Origin: Heterostelium pallidum
Taxonomy: Eukaryota
DNA length: 64,000 nt
NCBI RefSeq assembly: GCF_000004825.1
Contig: NW_008805068.1
Span: 1,797,471-1,861,470, forward strand
Reading direction: 5' to 3'
Shown here: piece after piece, positions 11,801 to 24,900 of the stretch
Position numbering within the stretch: the stretch's first letter is position 1
Layout of the letters: every line of letters begins with the position of its first letter
The notes under the pieces: model-generated
The model's input: only the letters and a program-made list of their open reading frames with translations
Told to the model about the DNA's origin: nothing
Databases searched by the model: none
Position numbers and translations under genes: made by a program

Positions 11801-14800
11801 GTCCATTGGCGGTTGAATGTTCTCAACCGAAGTGATATCGACTTTCAGTCCACGGTAATGATCCGGTCCCAGCAGGTAGAGATAGAATATCTCCTTGTCC
11901 GTTGGAAGATCCTCAAAGATATAGGCATTTCCAAGATGCCAGTTGGTTATGTTATAGAAATCTTTGAATGGGACGGCGGCGTTGGAACCACCGAATCTAA
12001 CAAACAACGACATCATCTGAGTCTTTGGATAGGTGAATCCAAATTGACTGCGCAAACAGCCATTGACATACATCTTGACGTGTGTCTTTTTCTGAGGAGT
12101 ACTGGCACCAGGTGTATTCATTCCAGTGTGAGTCAAGCACAAGTGATAGAAAGTATCGGGATGGAAAAAGAATTCCGAAAATGTATGTTGCTCCATAGTG
12201 GCACCACTCTGAATGATTCTGTACGACACAATTCCATTGTCCAACAATATCTGAAATTCACAAGTCTTATCCTTGAAACCAACTACCACACCTTCCATAC
12301 TATATAAAAATATAGGTTGTTTATCTATATAGTTATAGTTAATTAATTAGTTGTGTTGTTGATAATTAAAATGAATATTATATAGATTGTTTGTTATTTG
12401 TACTTACTTATTTTCAAAACGGGCGATGAAAATCTAAACCAAAAAGATATACCGAAACCTTTGAGTGGTGGCCAAGTACGTTCTCCATAGCCAGGAATGT
12501 CAATGCATTCCAGTGATGACTTTGACATCTCAGCATAGTAGGTTGGGAGGTTATCACGGTTCGATACTTTGACGAGGAGGTTTAGCAAGTCGATTGGGTA
12601 GTCTTTGACACGGAGCAGCTGGAAGTATTTGCGGAACTCTTGGAGTGTTAGATTGTGACCGGCCAAACACTGTATGAGTTCGAGTAGTAGTGGTTTCAAT
12701 TGCTCTTTCTTTCCGCCAAACAAATGAGTACTGTTATTGATCAACAGCGGTTTGAAATAATCGACGATATCAATCAGCAATGACGACAGTGTTTTAGTGT
12801 TGAACAACGAACAGTTGGCAAGGAAGATGATTTCCTTGAGGATGTAGCACGATGACTTTGACTCCATCTTTTGAATCTGCTCTTCGGTTCCACCCATCAG
12901 TCGGATGATCAGTTTGAAAATCTCGGGATTCTCAATCGTGAGTGAATCACGGCATTGCTGACAATGGAAGTAGCGCTCCTGTGCCAAAGCAAGTGAACTC
13001 TTCTCTGGGAGTCGCGAAGTCGAGTGGATCTGTGGAGCACCACTTATTCTCACCTCTGTCGCCAAGTCCAACGATGTATAGGTTGGAATGGGTGGAGGTG
13101 TAGTCGATAGAGTCGGACGCTCGAAATCATTGGTATAGGAGCGTCCTCTTCTGACTGGCGACGCCAAAGCATTAGCCATATGAGCATTCACCAACAATGG
13201 ACTATCAATAGAATCACTACTTCTATCAAGAGAATCTGATAATTGTTGTGTTTGTGGTTGTGGTTGTACAATAATAATCGAATTACCATTGTTATTATTA
13301 TTGTTGCTGTTGTTGTTGTTGTTATTCTGTTGATTCTTGTTGGCTATTGCAATACTAAAATCTTTTGAGGAGAACGATGAGTTGGTTGGGAAGAAACTGG
13401 AGATTGGCGAATAAACAGAGAGGAGAGAACCTTCCTCGAGAGAATGTTGCTCGCATGAAGGTGGCCAACTTCCACTGACCGCCATATTGAGTAAACTGTC
13501 ACAGAGCGATGCAGAGTAGACTCCCTCCATGTAACCACAGCCACCAAGTGTATTGGAGAGAGTTGAAAACTGAATTTCCTCTCGGAAATACTTTTGATTG
13601 TCGGGATTACTCTTCATTACCGCTGAGAGGGTGTCAATCAGCACCTTGAGGAAGAAGAATATCTCATTGTTGGTAGTCTTTGATTTGTACTTGGAGTTGC
13701 CACTGCCCGGTCCACCTACGCTACCGCCCACTGCCGATCCATTGCCATTCATCATCATACTATTGGAAGTCATATTACTATTATTATTATTGATATTTAC
13801 ACATCGACTGATTCCATCCAGTATGGAGACACACCAAGTGAATCCACCCGCAGAAATAAATGAACTCTTTGCATTGTAATTCTTATGAAATATATAACAC
13901 ATTGCTGCCAGAATATCTATTATCAAAAAAAAAAAATGTTAGTAAAATGATATACAGAGATAGTTCTGTTTGTTTCCAACAACACCTACTCTTTCTCATG
14001 GTTAATACTTTGGAATCAAGAGTAGTTGCTCCTCCATTCGATTGGAGTACTTCAACTAGGTCGGTAATGATTTTCGATTCGATACGAAGATCGCCAATTG
14101 CAAGTGTCGAGATTACCTGTAGCGATTGTTGAATGAGATATTCGTCGGGCAGTAGTTTGTAGAGAAGTCGCAATCCACCCGATTCAACAAAGAGCGATTG
14201 TATGTGGTTGGACTGTGTGAAGAACTCGAGGAGCAACGACAACAAGCTGATTTCAATTCTGTACAGTACAAACAGTTTGTTGCTGCTGCTCGGAAAGTGA
14301 CGTCCGGGAATCAGTTGGAGACAGAGTGCCAGCTCCTCGGGACTGCTCTCGAGAACCGGCTCGAAAGGCAGCTGCTGTGGATCCACCAGGTATCTAAAGA
14401 GAATCTCGAGCAGTCCCGATTTTCTCAGTGTTTCGCGGTTGATCTTTGACTTGGAGAGCAGTTCCGTCATGTGTTGGCTTACCAACAGCACTGTCGAGGG
14501 CATCTTACACTCGAGCAGCGTCACATAGAACTTTATCTCCAGCTCCTTGATCTGATTCTTTGCGAGCATTTCATCCATCATCTCGAGAATCAACTTTCGA
14601 TTCGACAGGTTGAGATGCTCGAATTGCGAAAAGAATATCTTGAATGGCTCGAGCTTGTGGAACACCCCAATACTATCTTCACTGCTGCCGTTGATCAAGT
14701 CAAAGTTGTCTTGTGATCCATTGCTCTGTTGTTCCAGCGAGAGTGTCAAACTCATATAGAATATTCCCTTTATACATTTCAACAACTCTGTTTTCATCTC

Positions 14801-15808
14801 CTCTGAATTCGTGATTGAAAATACATTGATAAAAATATTGAAAACTTTCAACGATGTCTTGGCTATATTATCTATAAATTAATAATTAGATTCAAATGTT
14901 TTAGTTAGTTAATCAATTCAATTTGATTAATCATGTTATGTTACAATAATGACGATGATGATGATGATGATGATCATACTTGGTTGATAAATTGAATCTT
15001 GTGGACTATTATTATTGGGGTGATCCAAGTATAATTCTTTTCGGACGGGTACAAAGAGGAGATTGCATGCAACGTTGATTATGTCTAGTTTGTTCTTCAA
15101 ACTGCCATAGTCTGCGATATAGATGAATGTGTTTAAAAGAATAGAATAACCATTGTTGGCATCGAAATCGTCGTGTAGCAATACCATCAATCTTGAAGAA
15201 CTCTTTACAGTATATACAATAACCTGTGATAACTCAATGATTGTCGAAACCGGTAGTTTAATTGTCTGTCTTTCTTGTTCACCTAATACATTTAATAGTA
15301 ACTCAATCAATTTCTTTTAAAATAAAATGATTGTTAATAAATATATTTAAAAAAGATAGGTAATAATAATAATAATAAACTTACTTTATCATGTATTAAA
15401 CTCATTGAATCTAATGAATGACAACAACTTGACATGATTTGTGCGAATGTTCTTACTAGTTGACTTGGAATGAGTGGTGAGAATGTAGGATCGCCTGATT
15501 GGAATGTAAATGTTTCGATTAACATTGAAATCGAGTCAGACGATCGTAAAAACTCTTGTAGATTAACTTTATCCTTCAAAATATTTCCTAAAATCTTTAA
15601 TATATGATAACTAACATTTACTGTTGGTGATAATTCATTTGTTGATCTTGGAAACTGTTGTTGATGCTGCTGCTGTTGTTGCTGTTGTTGCTGTTGTTGT
15701 AAAAGTAATTGCTGTTCAAAACTATTTGTTAATTCTTGATTAAAACTTAATGGATTCTGTTGTTGTTGTTGTTGTTGCTGTTGTTCATTTACAAATATTG
15801 GACTTTGT

Positions 15809-15843
<35 letters not shown>

Positions 15844-17085
15844 TTGTTCAAGTTGAAAAGGTGGTGGAGGTATTGACATGCTACTATTTAATGTTGGTGA
15901 CCATTGTGATGATGATCGAAAATTGTTTAGTGTATTCAAATCGTTGCCAAGTCCCATTAATGAGGGAGGCAGTGGCGACAAATAGAAAAATGAATTGATA
16001 CTCTGGAAAGGTGGAATCACAGTTGCTATCTGCTTGTTGTTATTTGAAAATATAGGTGAATAATTATTGTCATATCCATAGTTATTGTAATTGTAGCTGT
16101 TGTAATTGTTGTTATTGTTGTAGCTATATGGTGTTGTTGCTGCTGCTGCTGTTGTTGTTATGCTCGCCAGAGTGTAGTTGTTGTTGTTGTTGTTGTTGCT
16201 GTTGCTGTTGTTGACGCCAGCGCCAGTCGTGTAACTTCCGGTGGTTGGTGTGACCGATGCCGGCGATGACTGTGAAGAAGATGCCGCTAGTATACGGTGT
16301 AATATTACAATGAGTAGTCGACCAAACGAGAGGGGAATACCCTTGGATGTGCCACGCGTCAATATGTCGAGCGCGGCCAGGAGGAGTGGCGCCTCGCCAG
16401 CCTGCGAGTTTCCAGAGAGGTATCCAACCAGCTCATTAGTGGAGACACGCTTGCTGTGCAGCACTTGACTGAGCTCCTCGACGAATCGCTTCGATATGTT
16501 ACGGTTGATGTCCTCCACTGTCATGCCGCCGAGCAGTGTCAACGGTAGCAGCTGGTGTGGCACTTCGTTGTACAGTGAGACAAACACCTTGAGGAACTCG
16601 ACAAGCGATAGCATTGCATCTTGATGAACAACACTCTGTACATACGATTGCCAGAGAGTGTTGATCACCACCGAACTGTGCATACCGCCACTCATCATTC
16701 CGATGCCACCACTACTGTTACCACTACCACCAGTGGCAACTCCATCTTTACTCAATAGATTTCCAGATGATCCAACCGAACTTAAAGATGATACATTCAA
16801 TAAATTATTACTACTTCCACTTCTTGTATTGCTATTACCACCACCACCAATGCTACCGATATTGCTACTATTATTATTATTGTTGTTGTTGTTGTTGTTA
16901 CTATTTGAAATATTAAAACCACTTGTTATATTATTATTATTATTATTGCTATTATTTATAGTTGAACTGGTAATATTGTTGTTGCTATTATTATTATTAT
17001 TATTTCCAAAACTAGTATAACCATAACCAAAACTACTGCTAGTTGGATTGATACTATTATTATTATTGAAATTGAAACTTGACAT
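5851..17085 (-). CDS. lvsA: Very large BEACH-domain / WD40 protein (Lvs family; LvsA-like), about 3604 aa. Exons: complement(join(5854..6654, 6740..12324, 12408..13916, 13990..14871, 14980..15313, 15385..17085)).
   Basis: The BEACH domain (…[39 protein letters not shown]…) lies in the 6725..12298 ORF. C-terminal WD40 repeats lie in 5851..6624. The N-terminal exon is poly-N/Q-rich. Five introns of 71-85 bp have GTAAGT/GTATGA/GTAGGT donors. Intron phases (0,1,1,1,0) keep one frame, and the total is 10812 nt, i.e. 3604 codons, close to the reported LvsA size (~3.6 kaa). The symbol is inferred from size and architecture only. Confidence 0.85.
15640..15860 (-). repeat. (CAA/CAG)n trinucleotide tract encoding poly-Gln in the lvsA N-terminal exon.
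   Basis: The plus strand reads ttgttgctgttg... repeats, which translate to QQQQQQQQQQQQQQQSPIFVNEQQQQQQQQQ and LLLQQQQQQQQQQQQHQQQ in the minus-strand ORF. Confidence 0.8.
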
Positions 17086-18445
17086 TTGTTTAACTTTTGC
17101 TAATATATTATATATAATATATTATATTGCTATTATAAACATGATCATTAAATATAAATATAAATATATAGATTTTTATAGAAAATAAATAAATTTTAAA
17201 TAGAGATATATAGATAGATTAGATTATGTGTAAAATATCCAAATATCATAAATTTTTATATTTTCTTTTCTCCTTTCTGTTTTAGGTTTTCTAATTTCTT
17301 TTTTTTTTTTTTTTTTTTTTTTTTTTGACAATTTTTAATATTAAAATTAAAAATAAATTTATTTTTAAAAAAATACAATAAAATCAATAAGTAAAAAAAA
17401 AAAAAATGAAAAATTATTGGAGAAGTTTTTGAATTGTAGGCACACAAAACAAAGATCTTTAAATTGTTTAATATTCTATAAATAAATAAGTAAGTGAATT
17501 ATTATTATTATTTATGATTGATTGATATACAAACAAAAAAGATAAAAAAGAAAAAAACAAACTTAAAACTAAACTAAACTTGAAACAGAACTGACTGATT
17601 GTTTTTTTATTATAATTTTTAATTGTAATATCACTTTAGGTAGTTTAGGATTCATTGTTTATTTTTTTTTAAAACAAAATAATATCTTTTGTTTTTTTTC
17701 TTTAATAAAAAAAAATACAATAGGATGAGCACAGTATTAGACCCATTAAATTTAGCAAAACATGCAAACAATGAAAAAATTGAAAACAAATATCTGTCAA
17801 TAATTAACGTGTGTTTATCCAAACTTTGATTTATTTTGATTGTTTAATACCCTTGTTTGTTGTTGTTTTCACAACCAAACTTTGTATCATATCACTTCAT
17901 TGTCGATAATTATTTTGTCAAACAAAACCAAAAACCATATGATGATTGGGTAAAGTGTAAATACTTGAAAAATGGATCATTTATGGTGTAACTCAATAAC
18001 ATTAATTAACAAAGTATTCTTTGTTCTTTTTCAGTCCGTTCATTATTTATTTGTTTGGCTCATAATTAATATTTATATCTTTTTATTAAAATAAAATATA
18101 ATTTTATTTGGACATTCAACATATAAATCATGTAACGTAACTATCTATCTTCAAACAACAAGTTCAACTTTTTAAAGTCAACTGAACTGATGTTAAAATC
18201 GATGCCGACTTTGAGAGTGAAAAAAAAAAAAAATGAAAAAAATCATATGAATAACTGCTGGGTTCGCTCGTTGAATGCACCTCCATACCAAAAAAAATTT
18301 TCAAACATTTTTCTTTTATTTTTTTAATTCTTTTTTTTAATTTTTTTTTTTAAGTGAAAAAACCAACAAAATCATTTACTATATTTATTTTATTTTTATT
18401 TTTATTCACATAATATATTTATATAATATTAATATATAAGATAAG
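17086..18445. promoter_or_regulatory. Divergent intergenic/promoter region between lvsA (minus) and the seryl-tRNA synthetase gene (plus).
   Basis: The segment is more than 90% A+T. It carries a T26 run (about 17293..17333), A-runs, and no ORFs. Two start codons face away from it. Confidence 0.5.
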
Positions 18446-18962
18446 ATGGGTTTAGATATTGTTATGTTCCGTGCCCCAGATAAGGGTGGAAATCCAGATT
18501 TGATTCGTTTATCTCAAGAGAGACGTTTCAAGCCAGTCGAGACCGTACAAACCGTCATCGATTTAGATATGAAGCTTAGAGATGGTATGATCATATTATA
18601 TCAACCAATCAATCAATCAATCAACAGCAACAAAATCAACAACAGGCTTAGATTTATTTGGAATTCTTTCATAAACGATTCGATATAATTATATCAAATT
18701 TTAGGAATATTGTCATCATAGATAAACCATCTTTATAAAGATGACTGACAATTACACTATCCATCTCATCTATTTATATTGTATAAGATAATCATCTAAA
18801 ATAGTGGAGTAGAATAGAGTAGATGAGATAGAATATTATATTATATTCTTAGATAAATACCAATTTGGATAAATAGATTGGATTTTGATTTGATTAGTTT
18901 AAATTAGATTATAATAGATCATCTTAATTTGTTACCAAAACATATGTTGTTGATTGGATTGA

Positions 18963-18996
<34 letters not shown>

Positions 18997-20246
18997 AAAT
19001 TTTAATTAATCAAAAAACAATTTGTTATTTTTTTATTATAGCTAAATATCGTTTAGATCAAACCAATGCTGAATATACTAAAGTAAATAAAGAATTGGCA
19101 ATTAAGAAGAAGGCAGGTGAATCAGGTGAGGAAGTCGATAAATTGGTAGCTAGAGCCGCTGAGATCGATAAGAATATCGTTGCTTACAAGTTGGAATGCG
19201 CTCAAGCCGAAGACGAGTTGAAGAAGGCTATCAAGCCAATCGGTAATATCGTACACGAGTCTGTACCAGTCTCGAACAACGAAGACAACAACCAGGTCGT
19301 CCGTACCTGGGGTGAGCCAAAGACACAGAAGGATCTGTTGCATCACCACGAGCTGCTCGAGATGATCGACGGTTACGACTTGGTGCGTGGAACCAACGTG
19401 TCCGGTCACCGTTGCTACTTCTTGAAGGGTGTCGGTGTCGAGTTGAACTTGGCCATCATCAACTACGGTTTGGCGTTCCTCAAGAAGCGTAGCTACACTC
19501 ACTTGCAGACCCCGTTCTTCATGCGTAAGGAGATCATGGCCGAGACTGCCCAGTTGGAGCAGTTCGACGAGGAACTCTACAAGATTGTCGGTGGTGCACA
19601 GGGCGAGGAGAACGAGAAGTACTTGATCGCCACCTCCGAGCAGCCAATCTCTTCGTATCACCGTGGAGAGTGGATCGAGGAGAAGGACTTGCCAAAGATG
19701 TACTCTGGTTACTCCACTTGTTTCCGTAAGGAGGCCGGTGCACACGGTCGTGACGTCTGGGGAATCTTCCGTGTACATCAATTCGAGAAGATCGAGCAGT
19801 TTGTCATCACCAAGCCCGAGGATTCCTGGGCTATGCACGAGCAGATGATTGCCACCGCCGAGGCATTCTACCAGGAGCTCGGATTGCCATACCAGGTGAT
19901 CTCGATTGTTTCCGGTGCACTCAATAATGCCGCCGCCAAGAAGTACGATCTCGAAGGTTGGTTCCCAGGTTACAACCAGTACCGTGAGCTCGTCTCCTGC
20001 TCCAACTGTACCGACTATCAATCGCGTGATCTCGAGATTCGTTGCGGTATGAAGAAGCAAGGACAACAACAAAAGAAATACGTACACATGTTAAACTCTA
20101 CTTTGGCTGCCACTACACGTGTCATCTGTTGTATTCTTGAAAACTATCAAACCGAAGGTGGAATCAACGTACCAAAGGTACTTCAACCATACATGGGAGG
20201 TGTTGAATTCATCCCATTCGTCAAACCAAAGCCAAAGCAAAAGTAA
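18446..20246 (+). CDS. serS: Cytoplasmic seryl-tRNA synthetase. Exons: join(18446..18584, 19042..20246).
   Basis: Exon 1 MGLDIVMFRAPDKGGNPDLIRLSQERRFKPVETVQTVIDLDMKLRD is a SerRS N-terminus and ends with a G|GTATGA donor. Exon 2 begins after ttattatag| with ...AKYRLDQTNAEY.... The class II core motifs are present: ...GHRCYFLKG..., FRKEAG, GYSTCFRKEAGAHGRD. The phase-1 junction was verified. Confidence 0.9.
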
Positions 20247-20501
20247 ATCAGAATATATGGTTTAGGTAATATTACAAATATTTACTGAATAAGTAAGAAA
20301 ATCAATAAATAAATCCAAAATAATAATAATTTAAAAACAAAACAAAACAAAACAATGTTACATTTTTGATAAATAATAATAATAATCGAACATTCATTCA
20401 CCTTTTATTTAAAAATTTAACAATGTTTTGGATCGTTATATATCTTACAACCAGAGTCTGCATTGAGAGAAGAAGAAGTAATAAAGAGGAATGAAGGTTA
20501 G

Positions 20502-21461
20502 CTATATTGTTATGTTTGATATCAATGAATAATGATGATGATGATAGTTACCAGTTGCAAGTAAAACAATAATAAATATAATTAATAGTACAATACAAAT
20601 GATCATACCGCAACTGCTGGCATTCTCTTTGAGGATATTCATCTTTGAGTTTGTATGTTGAATTCTGCTGGTTGTTCTATCAACTCCAATTTCGACATCA
20701 TCCAACAATTGGTTATGTATTTCCTATATAGGTAAAATAAAATATTATTATTAATATTATTCTGTTGTGTGTTCGGTGGTGGTGGTGGTGGACACCAATG
20801 ATGATTATCATCACCTATTATTAAGTTAACCTACAAGTTCTGTATTCATTGCAGAAGCCATATTCTTTTGTCTCATCAATGAGTTTGAGAGTAAATCTAA
20901 TGCTTGGTCATGCTCTTGCATGACGGTGTTGTTCTGATTAAAAAGTTGTTGATTATTAAAGTTTTGAGTGAATTCATTGTCCTTGGCTTGCTTTCCCCAT
21001 GCTCTCTTTGAAGATGCATCTCCCATCAATTCATTTCTATCATTATTATTATTAATGTTATAAACTTAATATTAATATAAAATCTAGATCACATATAATG
21101 GTAATGATGATGATGATGATGATTATCTTTTCCTTTTTCCTTACCTTGCAAAGTTATTGTTGGCAGCATTCTCAAATTGATTTGTAAGATTATTCTTTTG
21201 AGTTCCGAGTTGTTCGACCATTGCATTTCTTCGCATTTTCTCTTTATCGGTGATTCTAAGGTTACCATATACAAGTGCATCCTTTAGTCTAGCCAAATCA
21301 TTGCTGAGATTCGACAGTGCTCTTCTGATGTTTGGTGCCGTCTGTTTCTGAACTGCACCCGGATTGTTTCTCTGTTGTACCTCAAAAGATTTAACCTCTG
21401 TAACTAATTGCTGTAGTTGTCTAGATGCATTATCATATTCATATTCCCAAGAATCTCCCAT
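20502..21461 (-). CDS. Qc-SNARE of the syntaxin-6/Tlg1 type, about 246 aa. Exons: complement(join(20505..20723, 20835..21036, 21145..21461)).
   Basis: The N-terminal helical domain contains ...SNLSNDLARLKDAL.... The SNARE motif QEHDQALDLLSNSLMRQKNMASAMNTEL|EIHNQLLDDVEIGVDRTTSRIQ spans the exon 2/3 junction. It is followed by a TM segment CGMIICIVLLIIFIIVLLA and a His-rich luminal tail. Donors are AG|GTAAGG and CTT|GTAGGT, and the phases are consistent. Confidence 0.7.
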
Positions 21462-21977
21462 TTTTCTATTATAATCTATCTATCTTTCTATCTATCAACA
21501 ATATTCTTAATCTATTCTTTTCTATCTTTATAAATATATATATATTCTATTGATATTTGTTTGATTGAATGAATCGAACAACTAACTAAACTAACTAACT
21601 TAATAATGACTGATAACTGACTGATAATAGAAAAATGAAATTTTGTTTTTTTGTTTTCTTTTTTGCAAATCTAATGAATCTAATCTGATGAAATGAAGAA
21701 GAACAACAAGTGAGTGTGGATGTCTGATGAATGATGAATGTTTTATTTGCTTGTATTTGTATAAAAGTGAAATTAAAATAATTAATAATAACTAAATGTA
21801 AATAAACATTATAAAAAAAGCCCCCGATATGATTGTTTTTTCCTGATTTTTGAAAAAAAAAAAACAAAAAAATAATTTCGAAAAATCGCATCAAAATTCC
21901 AAATTTTTTTTTTAATTAATCACTTTTCTAACAAACATTGACCTCAATTTTATTTTATTTATTTTTTGAGACTGTCA

Positions 21978-24900
21978 TTAATTATTATTCAATGCTTTCA
22001 TTTTCATTTGGATTCTCTTCATCTCTTTTTTACTCTTTTGTTTACGTTTGATAAAGATGGCGCCACCGATCGCCAATGAGAGTAACACTATTGCACCAAC
22101 TACTATACCTGCGATCGCACCATTACTCAGTTTCTTCTTTGGTTGGCAAAGCTTTGATGTACCGTCATTATCGACATCGACAAGCACAGAGAAATCGGGA
22201 TCGATTTGCAAGCTCTCTCCAAACGATGGTGTACGTATTGCCATGTGAATACTGCTGTATTGATAGGTCTGTTTATCACTACTGGCATCATCGGTATCGT
22301 GGAGTGTTACAATGGTTGAGCGGTTATCGAGTAGTACGGTGTTGATGAATGTTCCATAGAGACTGTGATCGTCGATATTGAGCTTGATCCACTGTCCATT
22401 GTTATTGTGTCCAGATACTCTACTGGAACATGAGTCTGAATCGGTTGAGATCGATGCTTCGAAAACTATATCCATTAGATTATCCATCGCTGAGAATGGA
22501 TATGCCGAGAGAGATGCCGTGAATTTTATAGAGTATGGTAGGAGCGTTATGTTTTGACCGGCAAATTCAATGGTAGTTCCATCCTTGATGAATAAAAGAG
22601 TGGTGTTTACAACGGTAGAATTACTTCCAATCTTTAGTTCAGTGCTGTAGTGATAAGCAATACCATTGTCATTGGACAGGTTTTCAAATTTCCAGTTGGC
22701 CGATGTCATGTTGTAACTTTTCAAAACCACTCCAATCGGTGATAGTTCATTGATTTCTACGATACTTATCGAGATATGAGTATCATCTATTTCGATATAG
22801 GTTGTGGGAGTTGGTTCAGGAAGAGGAGGTACAATTGGAATAACTTTGGAGGAACAATATGGACCAACCCAATCTTTACTTGTACAAACACAGGTACTAT
22901 TAACGCAGTTTCCATGAATACAATTTCGAGAGTTACAATCTTTGTTTGGAGTTGCAGTTGGATTTGGAGTCGAAGTTGGATTTGGAGTTGAAGTTGGATT
23001 TGGAGATGTGGTTGGTTCGAGCGGTCCGTAGTTTGACATTGGCACTAGTTCAATTGTATTGGAGTAGATATCAGAGAATAGTCTTACACGGAACTTTGCT
23101 GATTGTATATGTGTATCACCAATGATGAACGTTGGAAGCGTGATAAGCACACCAGCTCCATATCTTTGGTTTATGTTTATACTCTGGAATAAATCTTGTC
23201 CATAGTCAATTTCTCCAATAATTGGTTCTCCAGTTTCATCTGTTCCAAGAGAATTTCCAGAAACGAAAACCGACCCACCAGTTACAGGGAAACTGGTATA
23301 GGAGGTCAAAGTAGGATCTGCGTTCAATGTGAATGTTCTTTCGATATAAAAGGTTGAGCCATTGGTCATCATATCTTGCGGAGAGTATCCATTGATTTGA
23401 AGTTGATTATCCAAGATACCGTATACAGATATAAAGAAATTTTCAATACCAATACCATATGGCATTTGGAATCTGGCTGTGTAGTTTGAAAAGGTGGTAT
23501 TATAACTTTTTCGCTCTGTGGCTATTCTAACAGTATCCGGTTGAGATGAAAGGTAAACATATGGGTTGTGTCTGTCAGATAGTCCTAAATTTCCATCGCC
23601 ATCTTTTGTAGTCATATTGATCTCTACTACTCTCGATCTCACACCAACATCAATTACACTTGGACTTATTGAAAAATATACTAAAGTGGGTGGTGATGTA
23701 AATACTTGATCTGGAAATTAAGAATATAAAAAGTTGATTTAGAAAAATGTTTTTTAAAAAAAAATTAATATCGATTTATAACAGTTATAACATACTTGGA
23801 CAAATTAAATTTATAGTTAATTGATTATCATCTTTACCACCAACAATAGTAGCCAATCGCCAGATTATATTTTGATTTAATCTAACGGATCCTTGATCGT
23901 AGAGTTCAATATTGGAGATGAAAAACTTTTGAGTTCTGCAAATCTCCTTAACTTCAAAACTTAACTGATACACTCCAAGATTTTCATCGCCAGATATTCT
24001 GTTCTTTTTTTCGATGATAAAGTGTCTTGGTTCCAAATCAAACGAAGAAACTACAGAGATATTTGCATCTCTGAAACCATTTGGGAAATCCTCAATTGTG
24101 ATATTCCATCCAATAAGCATATTGCCAGAACCACTTAACACAACATTTGTAGTTGGATATGCTAATATCGATGTAACGATAGGTAGTAGCATATCTCCCT
24201 CTTTGAACATAATTAGTAAATTATATATTTTGAAGAGATAGATGTAGCGGTACTACTTACTTGATTTAGATATAGTTAAAATCGATGATCTACCAACAAC
24301 AGTGGCTAAAATTGTATTATTAAACGATGCATATGGTGTGACAATAGTGTATGGCAGTTCACCTGAATTAAATTGTTTTGGAATTCCAAAAGGAATTTCA
24401 TGCATATTTGTTTCACTATTAAAGATTCCTTGGAATGTTAAAAATTGATTTTGATAGTCTCTGTCAATTAACTCTGAGTCTCCAATCACTAAAATTGGTG
24501 TGAAATTTGCAAGAATGTTTGTAAATTGTAAATTTAATACATTTATAAAATTTCCAGTTATATCAATATTCTGGTGTGTGAAATTGATTGAATAAAAATC
24601 ATCCAAAATAATATTTGCTGTATGAAAATAAATAGTTAATAAAATTGATTTTTTATATTAGTTGTTTGTATTTACTTACGATATATATCCGAAGGTAAAA
24701 CAGGGAAAGTTTTCAATAGAGAATTTAGGTAGGTACTGGAAAAATAGATTGCATTAACTGCTGATGGACTTGTCTCATCATACACCATTAAATATGCTTT
24801 TAATGGGAATGGTTTGTCGAAAGTCGATTTCACTACTATTTCGAATATACCATTATAAAGAGATCCACTGACTAAATTGTAACTTTTGAATACCAATCCA

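Noticed and set aside
16658-17447. Plus ORF of 120 aa (poly-L/P) and minus ORF 17256..17447.
   Set aside because: The first is antisense to the poly-N/Q lvsA exon. The second is a translation of the T26/A-run promoter region.
19122-20087. 321-aa ORF on the minus strand, entirely inside the seryl-tRNA synthetase exon.
   Set aside because: It is antisense to a strongly supported conserved CDS. Its product is low-complexity (L/V/G-rich) with no start context. It is a typical shadow ORF of a GC-richer coding region.
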